This document shows positions 17,548-26,107 of a DNA stretch of 32,000 nucleotides, piece by piece (the stretch's first letter is position 1; each line of letters starts with the position of its first letter). Made by a program: the position numbers and the translations under genes. Source of the DNA: Geotalea uraniireducens Rf4. GTDB taxonomy: Bacteria; Desulfobacterota; Desulfuromonadia; Geobacterales; Geobacteraceae. The notes under the pieces are model-generated. The model had not been told where the DNA came from and did not search any database. It saw nothing but the letters and a program-made list of their open reading frames with translations. The stretch covers positions 4,500,001-4,532,000 of the forward strand of contig NC_009483.1 of NCBI RefSeq assembly GCF_000016745.1, read 5' to 3'.

Positions 17548-17780
17548 GTACCATGAGTCTGAGACTTCCCGATTATTTACATAAATCGGCCAGGCAGTTA
17601 GCCAAGAGCGAGCACATTTCCGTCAATCAGCTTGTCGCTACCGCACTTGCGGAAAAGATTTCCGCGCTTGCTACCGAGGAATATCTGGACGCATTGGCCG
17701 CCCAAGGCAGCCGCGAGGCATTCGACCGGATCATGTCCAAGGTTAAGGATCGTCCCCCCCTTCATGGAGATGAACGCTGA
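17544..17780 (+). CDS. Ribbon-helix-helix antitoxin (HicB-C-terminal / Arc-like), encoded downstream of its toxin
   Basis: 78 aa. MSLRLPDYLHKSARQLAKSEHISVNQLVATALAEKIS is an RHH signature. It overlaps the PIN gene by 4 nt (ATGA). Confidence 0.75.
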   Translation: MSTMSLRLPDYLHKSARQLAKSEHISVNQLVATALAEKISALATEEYLDALAAQGSREAFDRIMSKVKDRPPLHGDER

Positions 17781-17808
17781 TATGCCGAACCTGAGCCTGC
17801 AGCGGTTT

Positions 17809-18403
17809 TCACCCCTGGCTCTCCCGGAGCTGATGTGCGGCGGTGAAATAATGGCGGTACCCTTGAAGGAGGATGAGAAAGGCGGTGATTGCGACCGCGC
17901 CGGTAATTCGGTTTCGATCTCCTCGCGCCGCTCATGTATCTCTGCCGAGAGCCGCTCTGCTGCAAGGCTGGCGCCGTTCATGGAGTTGCCGATGATCATC
18001 CCCGCCAGGGGTATCAGGTAGCGGGGGTCGTACCAGGGAGAATAACCGACCACCAGGCCGCAGAAGAGGAAAGTCACCCCGCCGCAACCGATGAACAGGG
18101 AGGTCCCCACCACCCGGTAAAAATGCGGCATCTTCTGCCTGATCCGCCCACCCATGACTTGCAGCGAAAAGCCGGCCATGGCAAGCAGATGGCGATTACC
18201 GCCAGGGGACTCCGGACGGCAAATACGAGATGGAGAAGATAGCCCACAGCGAGAAGCTGGAACACCATCCGCACCGAAGCCCACAACATCTGCCCCTCCT
18301 GGCCGATGCGCGACAGGCGCGCCAGGCCGATGGCCAAAAGAACAAGGCCGTAGGCGAGCGCCAGGTCCAGCAACTCCAGATTGATAATCTTTGCGTTTTC
18401 CAC
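17809..18403 (-). pseudogene. fetB: fetB/ybbM-like iron-export ABC permease, decayed by a frameshift plus an internal deletion
   Basis: N-terminal part runs in one frame (MENAKIINLELLDLALAYGLVLLAIGL...QLLAVGYLLHLVF). The middle runs in a second frame from about 18190 (LLAMAGFSLQ...IPLAGMIIGNSMNGASLAAERL...EIET). The C-terminal tail runs in a third frame (ITGAVAITAFLILLQGYRHYFTAAHQL, stop at 17809-17811). The LPGMMTGQ region expected between the last two is missing. Confidence 0.7.
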
Positions 18404-18407
18404 TGGT

Positions 18408-18620
18408 TCAGGACTCCTTTTCGTCCGGCTCCGCCAGGAAGCGCCGTAGCTCGGCTGTTTGCGGGCGGGCGAGAATCTCCTCCCCCCGTCCCTCCTCCAG
18501 AATCCGTCCCCCCTCCAGGTAGATGAGGTAATCGGCGATCCTTCCCGCCAGCCGCAGGTCGTGGGTCACCAGGATAACCGTAATCTGTTGGGAACGGCAG
18601 ATAATGTATTTTACATGATG
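18408..18620 (-). pseudogene. fetA: 3' remnant of a fetA/ybbL-like ABC ATPase; Walker A, signature and Walker B regions deleted
   Basis: Encodes only ...QQITVILVTHDLRLAGRIADYLIYLEGGRILEEGRGEEILARPQTAELRRFLAEPDEKES, with the stop at 18408-18410. An in-frame stop lies at its 5' edge, next to the stop of the 18627 gene. Confidence 0.65.
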
Positions 18621-18626
18621 GTCAAG

Positions 18627-18989
18627 TCAAAAAGTAGGTGGGGGTGAAAAGAAACCGGCTTCCCTGGCGAAGCGTTTTGCCTCGTCAAGTTCCGCCTGGG
18701 TGAGCCGCGCATTCCGCAGATTGCTGAAGCGATTGCCGATCCGGTCGTTGAGAAAGCGAAAGGTTGCGGACTTCTCCTCCAGCTCGGATTTCATGAAGCG
18801 GATGCAGCCTTTGCATTCCGGGTTGCGTACCGCATGTTTCCGTGCGTCGATGCGGTGTCTCCAGGCAAGGATGCGCATACCCAAAAGAAGCGGTTCCCGT
18901 ACAATGGGGAACCACCAGTGTCGCTTATGGACGATTCGGGCGAGCATAAGCGCGCAGTTCTTGCAGATGATGGGGTGGCAGCCCTTCAT
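18627..18989 (-). CDS. Cys-rich hypothetical protein (120 aa), translationally coupled to the ABC exporter
   Basis: ATGA start/stop overlap with the upstream ABC gene. Cysteines sit at MKGCHPIICKNC and NPECKGC, which looks like two CxxC-type pairs. I recognise no family. Confidence 0.6.
   Translation of the reverse strand: MKGCHPIICKNCALMLARIVHKRHWWFPIVREPLLLGMRILAWRHRIDARKHAVRNPECKGCIRFMKSELEEKSATFRFLNDRIGNRFSNLRNARLTQAELDEAKRFAREAGFFSPPPTF
18938..18973. repeat. 36-nt direct repeat, copy 2 (inside the 5' end of the Cys-rich gene)
   Basis: See copy 1 at 14543-14578; 33/36 identical, same orientation. Confidence 0.85.
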
Positions 18990-20743
18990 ACCGCTTCCTC
19001 CAGCAGTATTCCCGACTGGTGCAGCCGCCAGTAATACCCCTGTCGCTGCAACAGCTCGTGATGGTTGCCGGTTTCGACGATCTTTCCCTGGTCGAGCACG
19101 ACGATGGCATCCATTTCCTGCACCGTGGATAGACGGTGGGCAATGACCATCAGGGTGCGCCCTTGCGAAACCCGGTGGATTGCCGCCTGCAATACCGCCT
19201 CGGTATTGGAGTCCAGGCTGGCGGTCGCTTCATCGAGGATCAGGATCTTCGGGTCGAACACCAGTACGCGCGCAAATGACAGGAGCTGCCGTTCACCCGA
19301 AGACAGCGTGCTCCCCCGTTCCGACAACATGGTGTCATACCCTTTCGGCTGCTTCAGGATGAAAGGCTCGGCGCCGATCAGGCGGCAGGCCTCTTTCACC
19401 CGCTCCGCCGGGATCTCTTCCCGGAAAAACCGGATATTGTCGATGATGGTCCCGGAAAAGAGGGTGACATCCTGCTGGACTATGCCCACCGTCTGCCGCA
19501 AGGCATCAAGCGGCCATTCCCGGACATCTTTACCGTCGATCACCACTACCCCGGCGGTTACGTCATAAAACCTGGTTACCAGGTTCATCAGCGATGACTT
19601 GCCGGCGCCCGACGCGCCGACGAAACCGACCCGTTCCCCGGCTTGAATCGCCAGCTGGATCTTGTTGAGGACGGGATGTCCCGGCCGGTAGGCGAGTGAG
19701 ACCTGTTCAAACCTTACCCGACCATGCACCGACGGGGCCAACGCTCCCGGCAGCTCCCTGATTTCCGGCTGTTCCTGCAGGGTCCGGGCGATCCGTTCCG
19801 AGGCGACAATGGAAGATTGCAGCACGTTGAATTGCTGGGTGATTATGTTGATCGGCTGGAAAAACCGCCTCACATAGCCGACAAACGCATAGAGCACCCC
19901 GAAAGAGACCGCCCCGTGAATAACCGCCCGGCCGCCGAACCATACCAGTGCCGCCACCCCCAGATCACCCACCAATTCGGTGAGGTTGTTCAGGAGGACG
20001 TTGATCCGGTTCTCGAAGATTGTCGCGTCCAGCAGGGCCTTGTTCTTCTCGTCGAACTTCCTTTGCTGTTTGGCCTCCTGATTGAAGATCTGGACAATGG
20101 CCATCCCGGTCAGGTTCTCGGCAAGAAAGGCAATGGTTGCCGACAGGCGGCTCCGGATCTCCCGGTAGGTCTTGCTTAATATTCTTCTCAGGGAGAGAGA
20201 AATAATCAAAACTATCGGGATCAGGAGAAAACAGTAGAGTGCGATGGGAATATCCAGCCGGAGCATGAAAAACATGATCAGGATCAGGGAAAGACAGCCG
20301 CGTAACGTGTTCGGCAGGAACTGGGTAAAGAAATTGTTGATGGACTCCGTGTCGTTGACAACATTGGTGATGATGCTCCCCGCAGAATGTTGATCGAAAT
20401 AGCGCAGGGAGAGTTTCTGAATATGCTTGAACAGGTCGACTCGGATGCTCCTGACAATGGCTTGACCTGCGTACTGCAAGAGGATGTCCTGGTAATAGGT
20501 CAGGCCGAAAGAGAGGAGCGACATCCCGAGATACCCTGCCGCCATCCAGAAAATGGCTTCGGCATTGGGGTTCGGCACCACCAGATAGCGGTCTATGGCC
20601 TCTTTGACCAGATAAGGCTGCGCCAGGTCGATGAGGACCACGGTAATTACCAGGCAGAGCACCAGGGCAAGGCGCGCCCGATAGATCCGCATATACGGCA
20701 AAAGGGTGCGCAGAGCACCCTGTGACTGTAATTGAGTGCTCAT
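18986..20743 (-). CDS. ABC exporter half-transporter (TMD-NBD), canonical Walker B, non-canonical signature
   Basis: 585 aa. Six N-terminal TM segments, Walker A GASGAGKSS, signature LSSGERQ (deviates from LSGGQ), Walker B ILILDEA, H-loop VIAHRLST. Confidence 0.9.
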   Translation of the reverse strand: MSTQLQSQGALRTLLPYMRIYRARLALVLCLVITVVLIDLAQPYLVKEAIDRYLVVPNPNAEAIFWMAAGYLGMSLLSFGLTYYQDILLQYAGQAIVRSIRVDLFKHIQKLSLRYFDQHSAGSIITNVVNDTESINNFFTQFLPNTLRGCLSLILIMFFMLRLDIPIALYCFLLIPIVLIISLSLRRILSKTYREIRSRLSATIAFLAENLTGMAIVQIFNQEAKQQRKFDEKNKALLDATIFENRINVLLNNLTELVGDLGVAALVWFGGRAVIHGAVSFGVLYAFVGYVRRFFQPINIITQQFNVLQSSIVASERIARTLQEQPEIRELPGALAPSVHGRVRFEQVSLAYRPGHPVLNKIQLAIQAGERVGFVGASGAGKSSLMNLVTRFYDVTAGVVVIDGKDVREWPLDALRQTVGIVQQDVTLFSGTIIDNIRFFREEIPAERVKEACRLIGAEPFILKQPKGYDTMLSERGSTLSSGERQLLSFARVLVFDPKILILDEATASLDSNTEAVLQAAIHRVSQGRTLMVIAHRLSTVQEMDAIVVLDQGKIVETGNHHELLQRQGYYWRLHQSGILLEEAV

Positions 20744-22611
20744 GCCACCTCCTCTGTCAAGCCGGCCTGCATGGCTGCCAAACCTTCCGTCAAACCGGGC
20801 GGGATAAAAGCCTCATCATCCGTCAAACCGGGTCGCCCGGGTGACCCTTCCTCCGTCAGACCGGCCTGCATCTGCCATAATCCGGCATAGGGGCCGCCCG
20901 CCTTGATCAGCCCGGCGTGGTCACCCCTTTCCACGATGCGCCCTTCGTCGAGGACCAGGATCTCGTCCGCCTGCTGGACCGAGCTCAGCCGATGGGAGAT
21001 GATGATGGTCGTCTTTTTGTCTTTGCAGCTCAAACGCGCCTTCAGGCGTCCCTTGTCTCCCATATTTCTCAGGATCTGCCGTTCCGTATTCGTGTCTATG
21101 GCACTCAGACTGTCATCAAGTATCTGGATGGGCGCATCCTTGTAAATTATCCGCGCTATGGCGACGCGCTGCTTCTGACCGCCGGACAACCTTACCCCCC
21201 GTTCACCGACCTCGGTTGCAAAACCCTCGGGAAAGCGCTCGATGTTTTCGTAAACAGCGGTAATTCTCGCGGCGTTTTTTACCCGTTCCAAGTCGGGCGC
21301 CTCATCTGAAAAGCCGATGTTTTCATTGAGGGTGGTCGAAAAGAGAAAGCCGTCCTGCGGCACATACGCCATCCCCTGCCGGAGCCGCGCCAGTGGATAC
21401 TGAAGGATATCCGCGCCGTCGATGAAAACCGTCCCCTCCGGCGGGTCGTACAGCCTGAGGAGCAGGTCGGCCAAGGTGGTCTTGCCGCTTCCCATGGGAC
21501 CGATAATGCCCAGGGTCTTCCCCCTTTTCACGTGAAAGGAGATATCGGTCAGGACATCCCGCTCTGTGCCCGGATAACGGAAGGTCAGTCCGTTCACGCT
21601 CAAGGTCCCCTGAAGCGGCCGGTCGAGCAAAGCCCCTTGCCGGTCACGGACTGCCGGCACGACCTGCATCAGCTCCGAGATCCTGTTGAGGGATGCGCTT
21701 GCACGTTGAATGACGTTGAGCACCTGCCCCAGGTGCTCCAGCGGGTTACGGAGCAGGGCTATGTATAAGGTGAAGGCAACATAGTCCCCGATGGTGATCA
21801 CCTTGGTGATGGTCAGGAAGCCGCCGTAACCGAGGACGCCGATGAAACCCAGATTGGCCATCAAGGGGACGAGGGCGCCGAAGAGGGAAGAGTTGCGGAC
21901 AAATCTGATTTTTTCCGCAACGATGGTATCCACTTTCTGTTCGAATTGTCCGATAACCACCCGTTCGTTGCCGAAGGCTTTGACAGCGCGGATGCCGCCG
22001 ATGACCTCTTCAACGGTCTGGGCCATGGAGCCCAGTGCCTCCTGGCAATGGGTGGACTGCGTTCTGATTTTGGGCCCAAGATATCTGACCAGAACCGGAA
22101 TGATAAAGAGCGGCCCCAGACCGACAACGGTCAGCCTCCAGTCTCCGTGCACCACCATCATATACAGCACGGCCGTCAGCATGGTCAGGCCGGCTGCCGC
22201 CTGATTGATCCCCATGGTGGCGAATTCCCGGATAACCTCCACATCGCTCAGGGCATGGGACAAAAGTTCGCCCGTGCTGTGGCCGTGATAATAGGCAGGT
22301 GAAAGGGTCCCCCATTTTTGCAGCAGGTCCCGGCGCAGGTCATAGGTGAGAATGCGCCCCCGGCGGTGGGAAAGGGTGCGCCCCGTCCATGCCGCCGTCA
22401 CCCTGCCGAGACCGAGCAGGATCAGCACCCCCGCACAACTAGCCGTATCCTCGATACTCAGGTTGCCATGCTGCAAACGGTCGGCAAAGCGGCCAAGCAC
22501 CCTGGGAATGAATACCGATAAGAGGCTTGAAGTCGCGATGATGATGACGGCGATACAGTAGACAAGCCTGTGCCGGTAAATATATGACAGCATGATGCGC
22601 CAACCTGACAT
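20740..22611 (-). CDS. ABC exporter half-transporter (TMD-NBD), degenerate Walker B, with a repeat-containing C-terminal tail
   Basis: The ATG at 22611 is preceded by GGAGAG; the track start at 22632 is a TTG. Walker A GPMGSGKTT, signature LSGGQKQR, Walker B IQILDDS (Asp replaces the catalytic Glu). Tail carries 4 GLT(E/D)x motifs. ATGA overlap with the next gene. Confidence 0.88.
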   Translation of the reverse strand: MSGWRIMLSYIYRHRLVYCIAVIIIATSSLLSVFIPRVLGRFADRLQHGNLSIEDTASCAGVLILLGLGRVTAAWTGRTLSHRRGRILTYDLRRDLLQKWGTLSPAYYHGHSTGELLSHALSDVEVIREFATMGINQAAAGLTMLTAVLYMMVVHGDWRLTVVGLGPLFIIPVLVRYLGPKIRTQSTHCQEALGSMAQTVEEVIGGIRAVKAFGNERVVIGQFEQKVDTIVAEKIRFVRNSSLFGALVPLMANLGFIGVLGYGGFLTITKVITIGDYVAFTLYIALLRNPLEHLGQVLNVIQRASASLNRISELMQVVPAVRDRQGALLDRPLQGTLSVNGLTFRYPGTERDVLTDISFHVKRGKTLGIIGPMGSGKTTLADLLLRLYDPPEGTVFIDGADILQYPLARLRQGMAYVPQDGFLFSTTLNENIGFSDEAPDLERVKNAARITAVYENIERFPEGFATEVGERGVRLSGGQKQRVAIARIIYKDAPIQILDDSLSAIDTNTERQILRNMGDKGRLKARLSCKDKKTTIIISHRLSSVQQADEILVLDEGRIVERGDHAGLIKAGGPYAGLWQMQAGLTEEGSPGRPGLTDDEAFIPPGLTEGLAAMQAGLTEEVA

Positions 22612-22643
22612 TCTTATCTCTCCGTACACCAAAGACTGCTTGT

Positions 22644-23675
22644 TTATTTCCCGGGCGATTCCGCATACACCTGATCGATGAGACGGCTGTCGATCCAGCT
22701 GACGTAGTCGACGGAGCCGTTGGCAAGACCGGCATCCTTGAGGAATGCCTCCTCGGCTTTAAACGCTTCGATCGCTTTCCCCGTAATTCGGGGATACTGG
22801 TAAAACATATTGTCCGGATAATCCCTTTGCACGGCGCTTTCTTTCTTTTTGGTCGTCTCGGAGAAAATCTTTATGGTCTCTGCCGGATGTGCATCGGCCC
22901 AGCGGGCGGCCTCCAGGTCGATCTTCAGGAGGCGCTTGATCAGGGACTGATGTTTTTTGAGAAAATCACCGTTGGCAGAAATAGCCGAAGGACTGGACCA
23001 TTCGGGATGGCTTCTTCCATCGTGGATAATCCTTATTGATCCGGTTTCCAATAAGGGAGTAAAAGTATTCCTCCCCTCGACGACGGCATCGATATCTCCG
23101 CGCATCAAGGCTGGCCCGGAGGCTTCGAAGGCAAGATTGAGCCCATCGATATCCTTGAGGGAAAGACCCTCATGCTTCAAGGCTTTGGCAATGGTGGAGT
23201 GCCGTACCGTGCCAGTTAAATACGCAACCTTTTTCCCCTTCAGGTCCTTCACCGAATTGATCGGAGAGTCCTTCCTGACGGCGATGTCGGAGCCTCCGTT
23301 TTTACCAAAGCTGGAAAGGCCTATCAACTTGACATTAGCGCCCGATGCCGCTGTGCGCAGGGCGGGATCCGATGCGGTATACGCCACATCCAGACCACCG
23401 GTAGCCAATGCTGTCATGGCTTCCTGTCCACCGCCGGAAAAGGGATAGTACTCGACCTTAATGCCATCCTTGGCAAATTCCTCGTCCCACAATCTCTTTT
23501 GTTGGCTGAGAATAAACTTCAGATGGCCCGGGGCTGTGCTTCCGATGCGGATTACAGGCACTTTTTTCTCAGCGGGATTCGGTTTACCGGACAGAGCATA
23601 TCCGGCCACCACTAATATCGTCACCAGCAGAAAGCTGCCGATGACCAAGGGCTTTTTTGATTTTTTATCGGTCAT
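22644..23675 (-). CDS. ABC transporter substrate-binding protein, NitT/TauT (NMT1/SsuA-like) family
   Basis: 343 aa. N-terminal membrane anchor (PLVIGSFLLVTILVVAGYAL), then a type-2 periplasmic binding fold pattern (IRIGSTAPGH..., GGLDVAYT, YLTGTVRHS). GAGGAG RBS. Confidence 0.8.
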   Translation of the reverse strand: MTDKKSKKPLVIGSFLLVTILVVAGYALSGKPNPAEKKVPVIRIGSTAPGHLKFILSQQKRLWDEEFAKDGIKVEYYPFSGGGQEAMTALATGGLDVAYTASDPALRTAASGANVKLIGLSSFGKNGGSDIAVRKDSPINSVKDLKGKKVAYLTGTVRHSTIAKALKHEGLSLKDIDGLNLAFEASGPALMRGDIDAVVEGRNTFTPLLETGSIRIIHDGRSHPEWSSPSAISANGDFLKKHQSLIKRLLKIDLEAARWADAHPAETIKIFSETTKKKESAVQRDYPDNMFYQYPRITGKAIEAFKAEEAFLKDAGLANGSVDYVSWIDSRLIDQVYAESPGK

Positions 23676-23724
23676 CTGTTACTCCTCATCTACGTTCTTC
23701 GTAAAATTATTCAGCACCGATGAA

Positions 23725-23849
23725 TAACTCCCCCTGTCCCCCTCTTAACTTAAGAGGGGGGACGTGAAAATCGGCTTCGTCTGGGACTTCCGATACAGCG
23801 ACAACATTGCGTCCCTCCCCTTAGCTTAAGGGGAGGACAGGTGGGGTTA
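23725..23849. repeat. REP/MITE-like double-hairpin element, copy B
   Basis: TAACTCCCCC..CCCCCTCTTA-ACT-TAAGAGGGGG (23738-23760) ... GTCCCTCCCCTTAGCTTAAGGGGAGGAC (23811-23838) ... GGGGTTA. Same ends and both hairpins as copy A, with a longer central segment. Confidence 0.8.
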
Positions 23850-24066
23850 TTGGTTTTGGCAGTAAGCTGAATAGTTACCTTTCTTCTTGGTTACCATTTC
23901 TTAGCCGGCAAAACTGGAACCAGCGTGAAAAGCGACCCCTTCGGGACGACAGGAGGATAGGCATCCTGCCTGTCATGGCAGCGAAGCTGCCAACGCAGGC
24001 GAGACGCCTACGCTCCAACGAATCTTCTTCTGGCAACATGTTGTCATGAGATTGGCGCTAAAGCGC

Positions 24067-24936
24067 CTAATGGGTTGATGCTTTCCAGGGGGTTGCAGAC
24101 TTTTCGAACCAGACGAGCAGGTAATTGATTAACAGGCCGAAAATTGCGAGTGCCAGAATACCCGCATACATCTCCGGAATGCGGTACATTAAATGGGAGT
24201 TCTGGATGAAAAAGCCCAAACCCGATTTTGCTGCCAGCATTTCGGCGCCGATCACCGCCATGAGTGAGGATTTGACCCCCAGACGCGCACCTGAAACGAT
24301 GGAAGGAATACTTGCCGGCAAGATTACCTTTATGAACAGATCCGTATCCGAGGTACCCATTGATTTTGCGGCCTTGAGATAGAGAGGATCCACACATTTC
24401 ACGCCGCTGATGGTGTTGATGAGGATAAACCAGACCGCTGCCAGGAAGGTGATCGCAATCTTCGATGACTCACCGATACCCAGGACCATGATGAACACCG
24501 GGAGTAACGCGAAATGAGGGGTATTGCGCAGTCCCTGGATCATCAGGTCGGCGATTTTCTCCAGCCGGGAGTATCTTCCCATCAGGAACCCCAGGGGAAC
24601 GGCGACCACCACCGCCAGGAAAAATCCCGTAAGCGCGCGTTGCAGGCTCACTCCGATATGGCCGAACAATTCACCTGAAAGGATCAAACCCTTGAGGGCG
24701 ATTATTGCCTTGGAAAACGGGGGAAAAAAAATCGGACTGACGATCCCTGTCAGCGGCGCGATTTCCCAGACGGCAAAAAAGACGAAGACAAGGGGCAATC
24801 CGTACAGAACGGTTCCGGCTTTCTCCTTCCAATGGAGAATCCGACTGAGAACCTGTACTGTTTTTGATTTGGGGAGCCCGACCGAATCTTTTGCGCTCTG
24901 ATTCAATCCGAGTTTTTTCAAGATGATCTCCGTCAT
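24067..24936 (-). CDS. ABC transporter permease, NitT/TauT (SsuC/TauC-like) family
   Basis: 289 aa. Six hydrophobic segments and the EAA-like loop (LKAAKSMGTSDTDLFIKVILPASIPSIVSG). GGAAGGTG RBS. Confidence 0.88.
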   Translation of the reverse strand: MTEIILKKLGLNQSAKDSVGLPKSKTVQVLSRILHWKEKAGTVLYGLPLVFVFFAVWEIAPLTGIVSPIFFPPFSKAIIALKGLILSGELFGHIGVSLQRALTGFFLAVVVAVPLGFLMGRYSRLEKIADLMIQGLRNTPHFALLPVFIMVLGIGESSKIAITFLAAVWFILINTISGVKCVDPLYLKAAKSMGTSDTDLFIKVILPASIPSIVSGARLGVKSSLMAVIGAEMLAAKSGLGFFIQNSHLMYRIPEMYAGILALAIFGLLINYLLVWFEKSATPWKASTH

Positions 24937-25015
24937 TTTAACACCTTCCTTTCACGTATTTGCCGTTCAAGTCTGCTGAAAGTTTCCGGTCATGCCCGGT
25001 TTGTATGGATCGTGG

Positions 25016-25909
25016 TCATATGGATGCAAACGTTGAAATCACATCGGCCACGGGGGGACCGTTAACCTGTTTCCGCTCGATGATGTCGTTCTTGTCCTGC
25101 AACAGCTCCTTGATCTTGTGCCTGGTCCAGCTGAATTCCGCAGATGATCTGATGTCGCTCTTGTAGCGCGGTCTGGGTAGATTGGTGGCGACGATTTCCC
25201 TGATCGTACCGGGGTTGGTGGTCAGGACTGCAACCCGATCCGCAAGGTAAACCGCCTCGTCAATGCTGTGGGTGACGAAGATGATCGTTTTTTTCGTTTC
25301 ATCCCAGATGCGGAGCAGTTCGTCCTGTAGCGTTTCCCTTGTTTGGGCATCCACTGCGGCGAACGGCTCATCCATGAGAAGAACTTCCGGATCGTATGCA
25401 AGGGCGCGGGCGATTGCAACCCGCTGTTTCATACCGCCGGAAAGCTCAAGGGGATAACGGTTTTCGAATCCATCCAGGCCGACGAGCCGGATGAAATGCT
25501 GACTGATATCCTTGCGCTCTTCCTTGGGGACATTCTTCACCTCCAGGCCGAACTCGACATTCCTCCGGACAGTGCGCCAGGGGAAAAGGGCGTAACCCTG
25601 AAGGACAATGCCGCGATCAAGTGCCGGTCCGGTAATCTTCTTTCCGTCGATGTGGATTTCTCCGGAAGCGGGCCGGGTAAGCCCCGCCAGAATGTCGAGA
25701 AGAGTGGATTTGCCGCAGCCTGAAGGCCCTACAATGGCGACGAACTCCCCTTTTTTCACCTTCATGTTGATATTGCTGAGGGCCGTGAACTCAGACGGTA
25801 CTTCCCCGTTACTTTTTTTCCGGCGATAAACCTGGCTGATATTTTCCAAAATGATTTTACTCTCGTCGGTCTCGCGTCTTTCACTGGTATCACTTTGCCC
25901 GGCAGCCAT
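25016..25909 (-). CDS. ABC transporter ATP-binding protein, NitT/TauT (SsuB/TauB-like) family
   Basis: Walker [10 protein letters not shown], signature LSGGMKQR, Walker B LLMDEPF, H-loop FVTHSIDEA. The start is placed at the second ATG (25909), which follows GGAGGAGG; the ORF-track start is 25924. Confidence 0.9.
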   Translation of the reverse strand: MAAGQSDTSERRETDESKIILENISQVYRRKKSNGEVPSEFTALSNINMKVKKGEFVAIVGPSGCGKSTLLDILAGLTRPASGEIHIDGKKITGPALDRGIVLQGYALFPWRTVRRNVEFGLEVKNVPKEERKDISQHFIRLVGLDGFENRYPLELSGGMKQRVAIARALAYDPEVLLMDEPFAAVDAQTRETLQDELLRIWDETKKTIIFVTHSIDEAVYLADRVAVLTTNPGTIREIVATNLPRPRYKSDIRSSAEFSWTRHKIKELLQDKNDIIERKQVNGPPVADVISTFASI

Positions 25910-26071
25910 CTGTGCCTCCTCCATTTACTGAATGTTAAGCTGTTTTTCCCAACACCAAACTGCCCGCAAGTCCCGGTTCCCGTTTCTACCCCAGCTATGA
26001 AATCCCCCAACCCAAAGAGTGGAGACAAGTTGTCTGAGTTTATGTCCTGCATGATTCTTGGTGTTACTTAC

Positions 26072-26101
26072 GGTAGAGACGCATCGCAATGCGTCTCTAC
26101 C
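26072..26101. repeat. Perfect 30-nt palindrome 6 nt after the stop of the HgdB-like gene
   Basis: GGTAGAGACGCAT-CGCA-ATGCGTCTCTACC, 13-bp stem. No U-tract on the transcribed strand. Confidence 0.85.
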
Positions 26102-26107
26102 CTATTT

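Noticed and set aside
24044-24397. 117-aa ORF on the minus strand overlapping the permease gene in another frame
   Set aside because: It lies almost entirely inside the well-supported permease CDS. It has an odd composition and no RBS, so it is a frame artefact.
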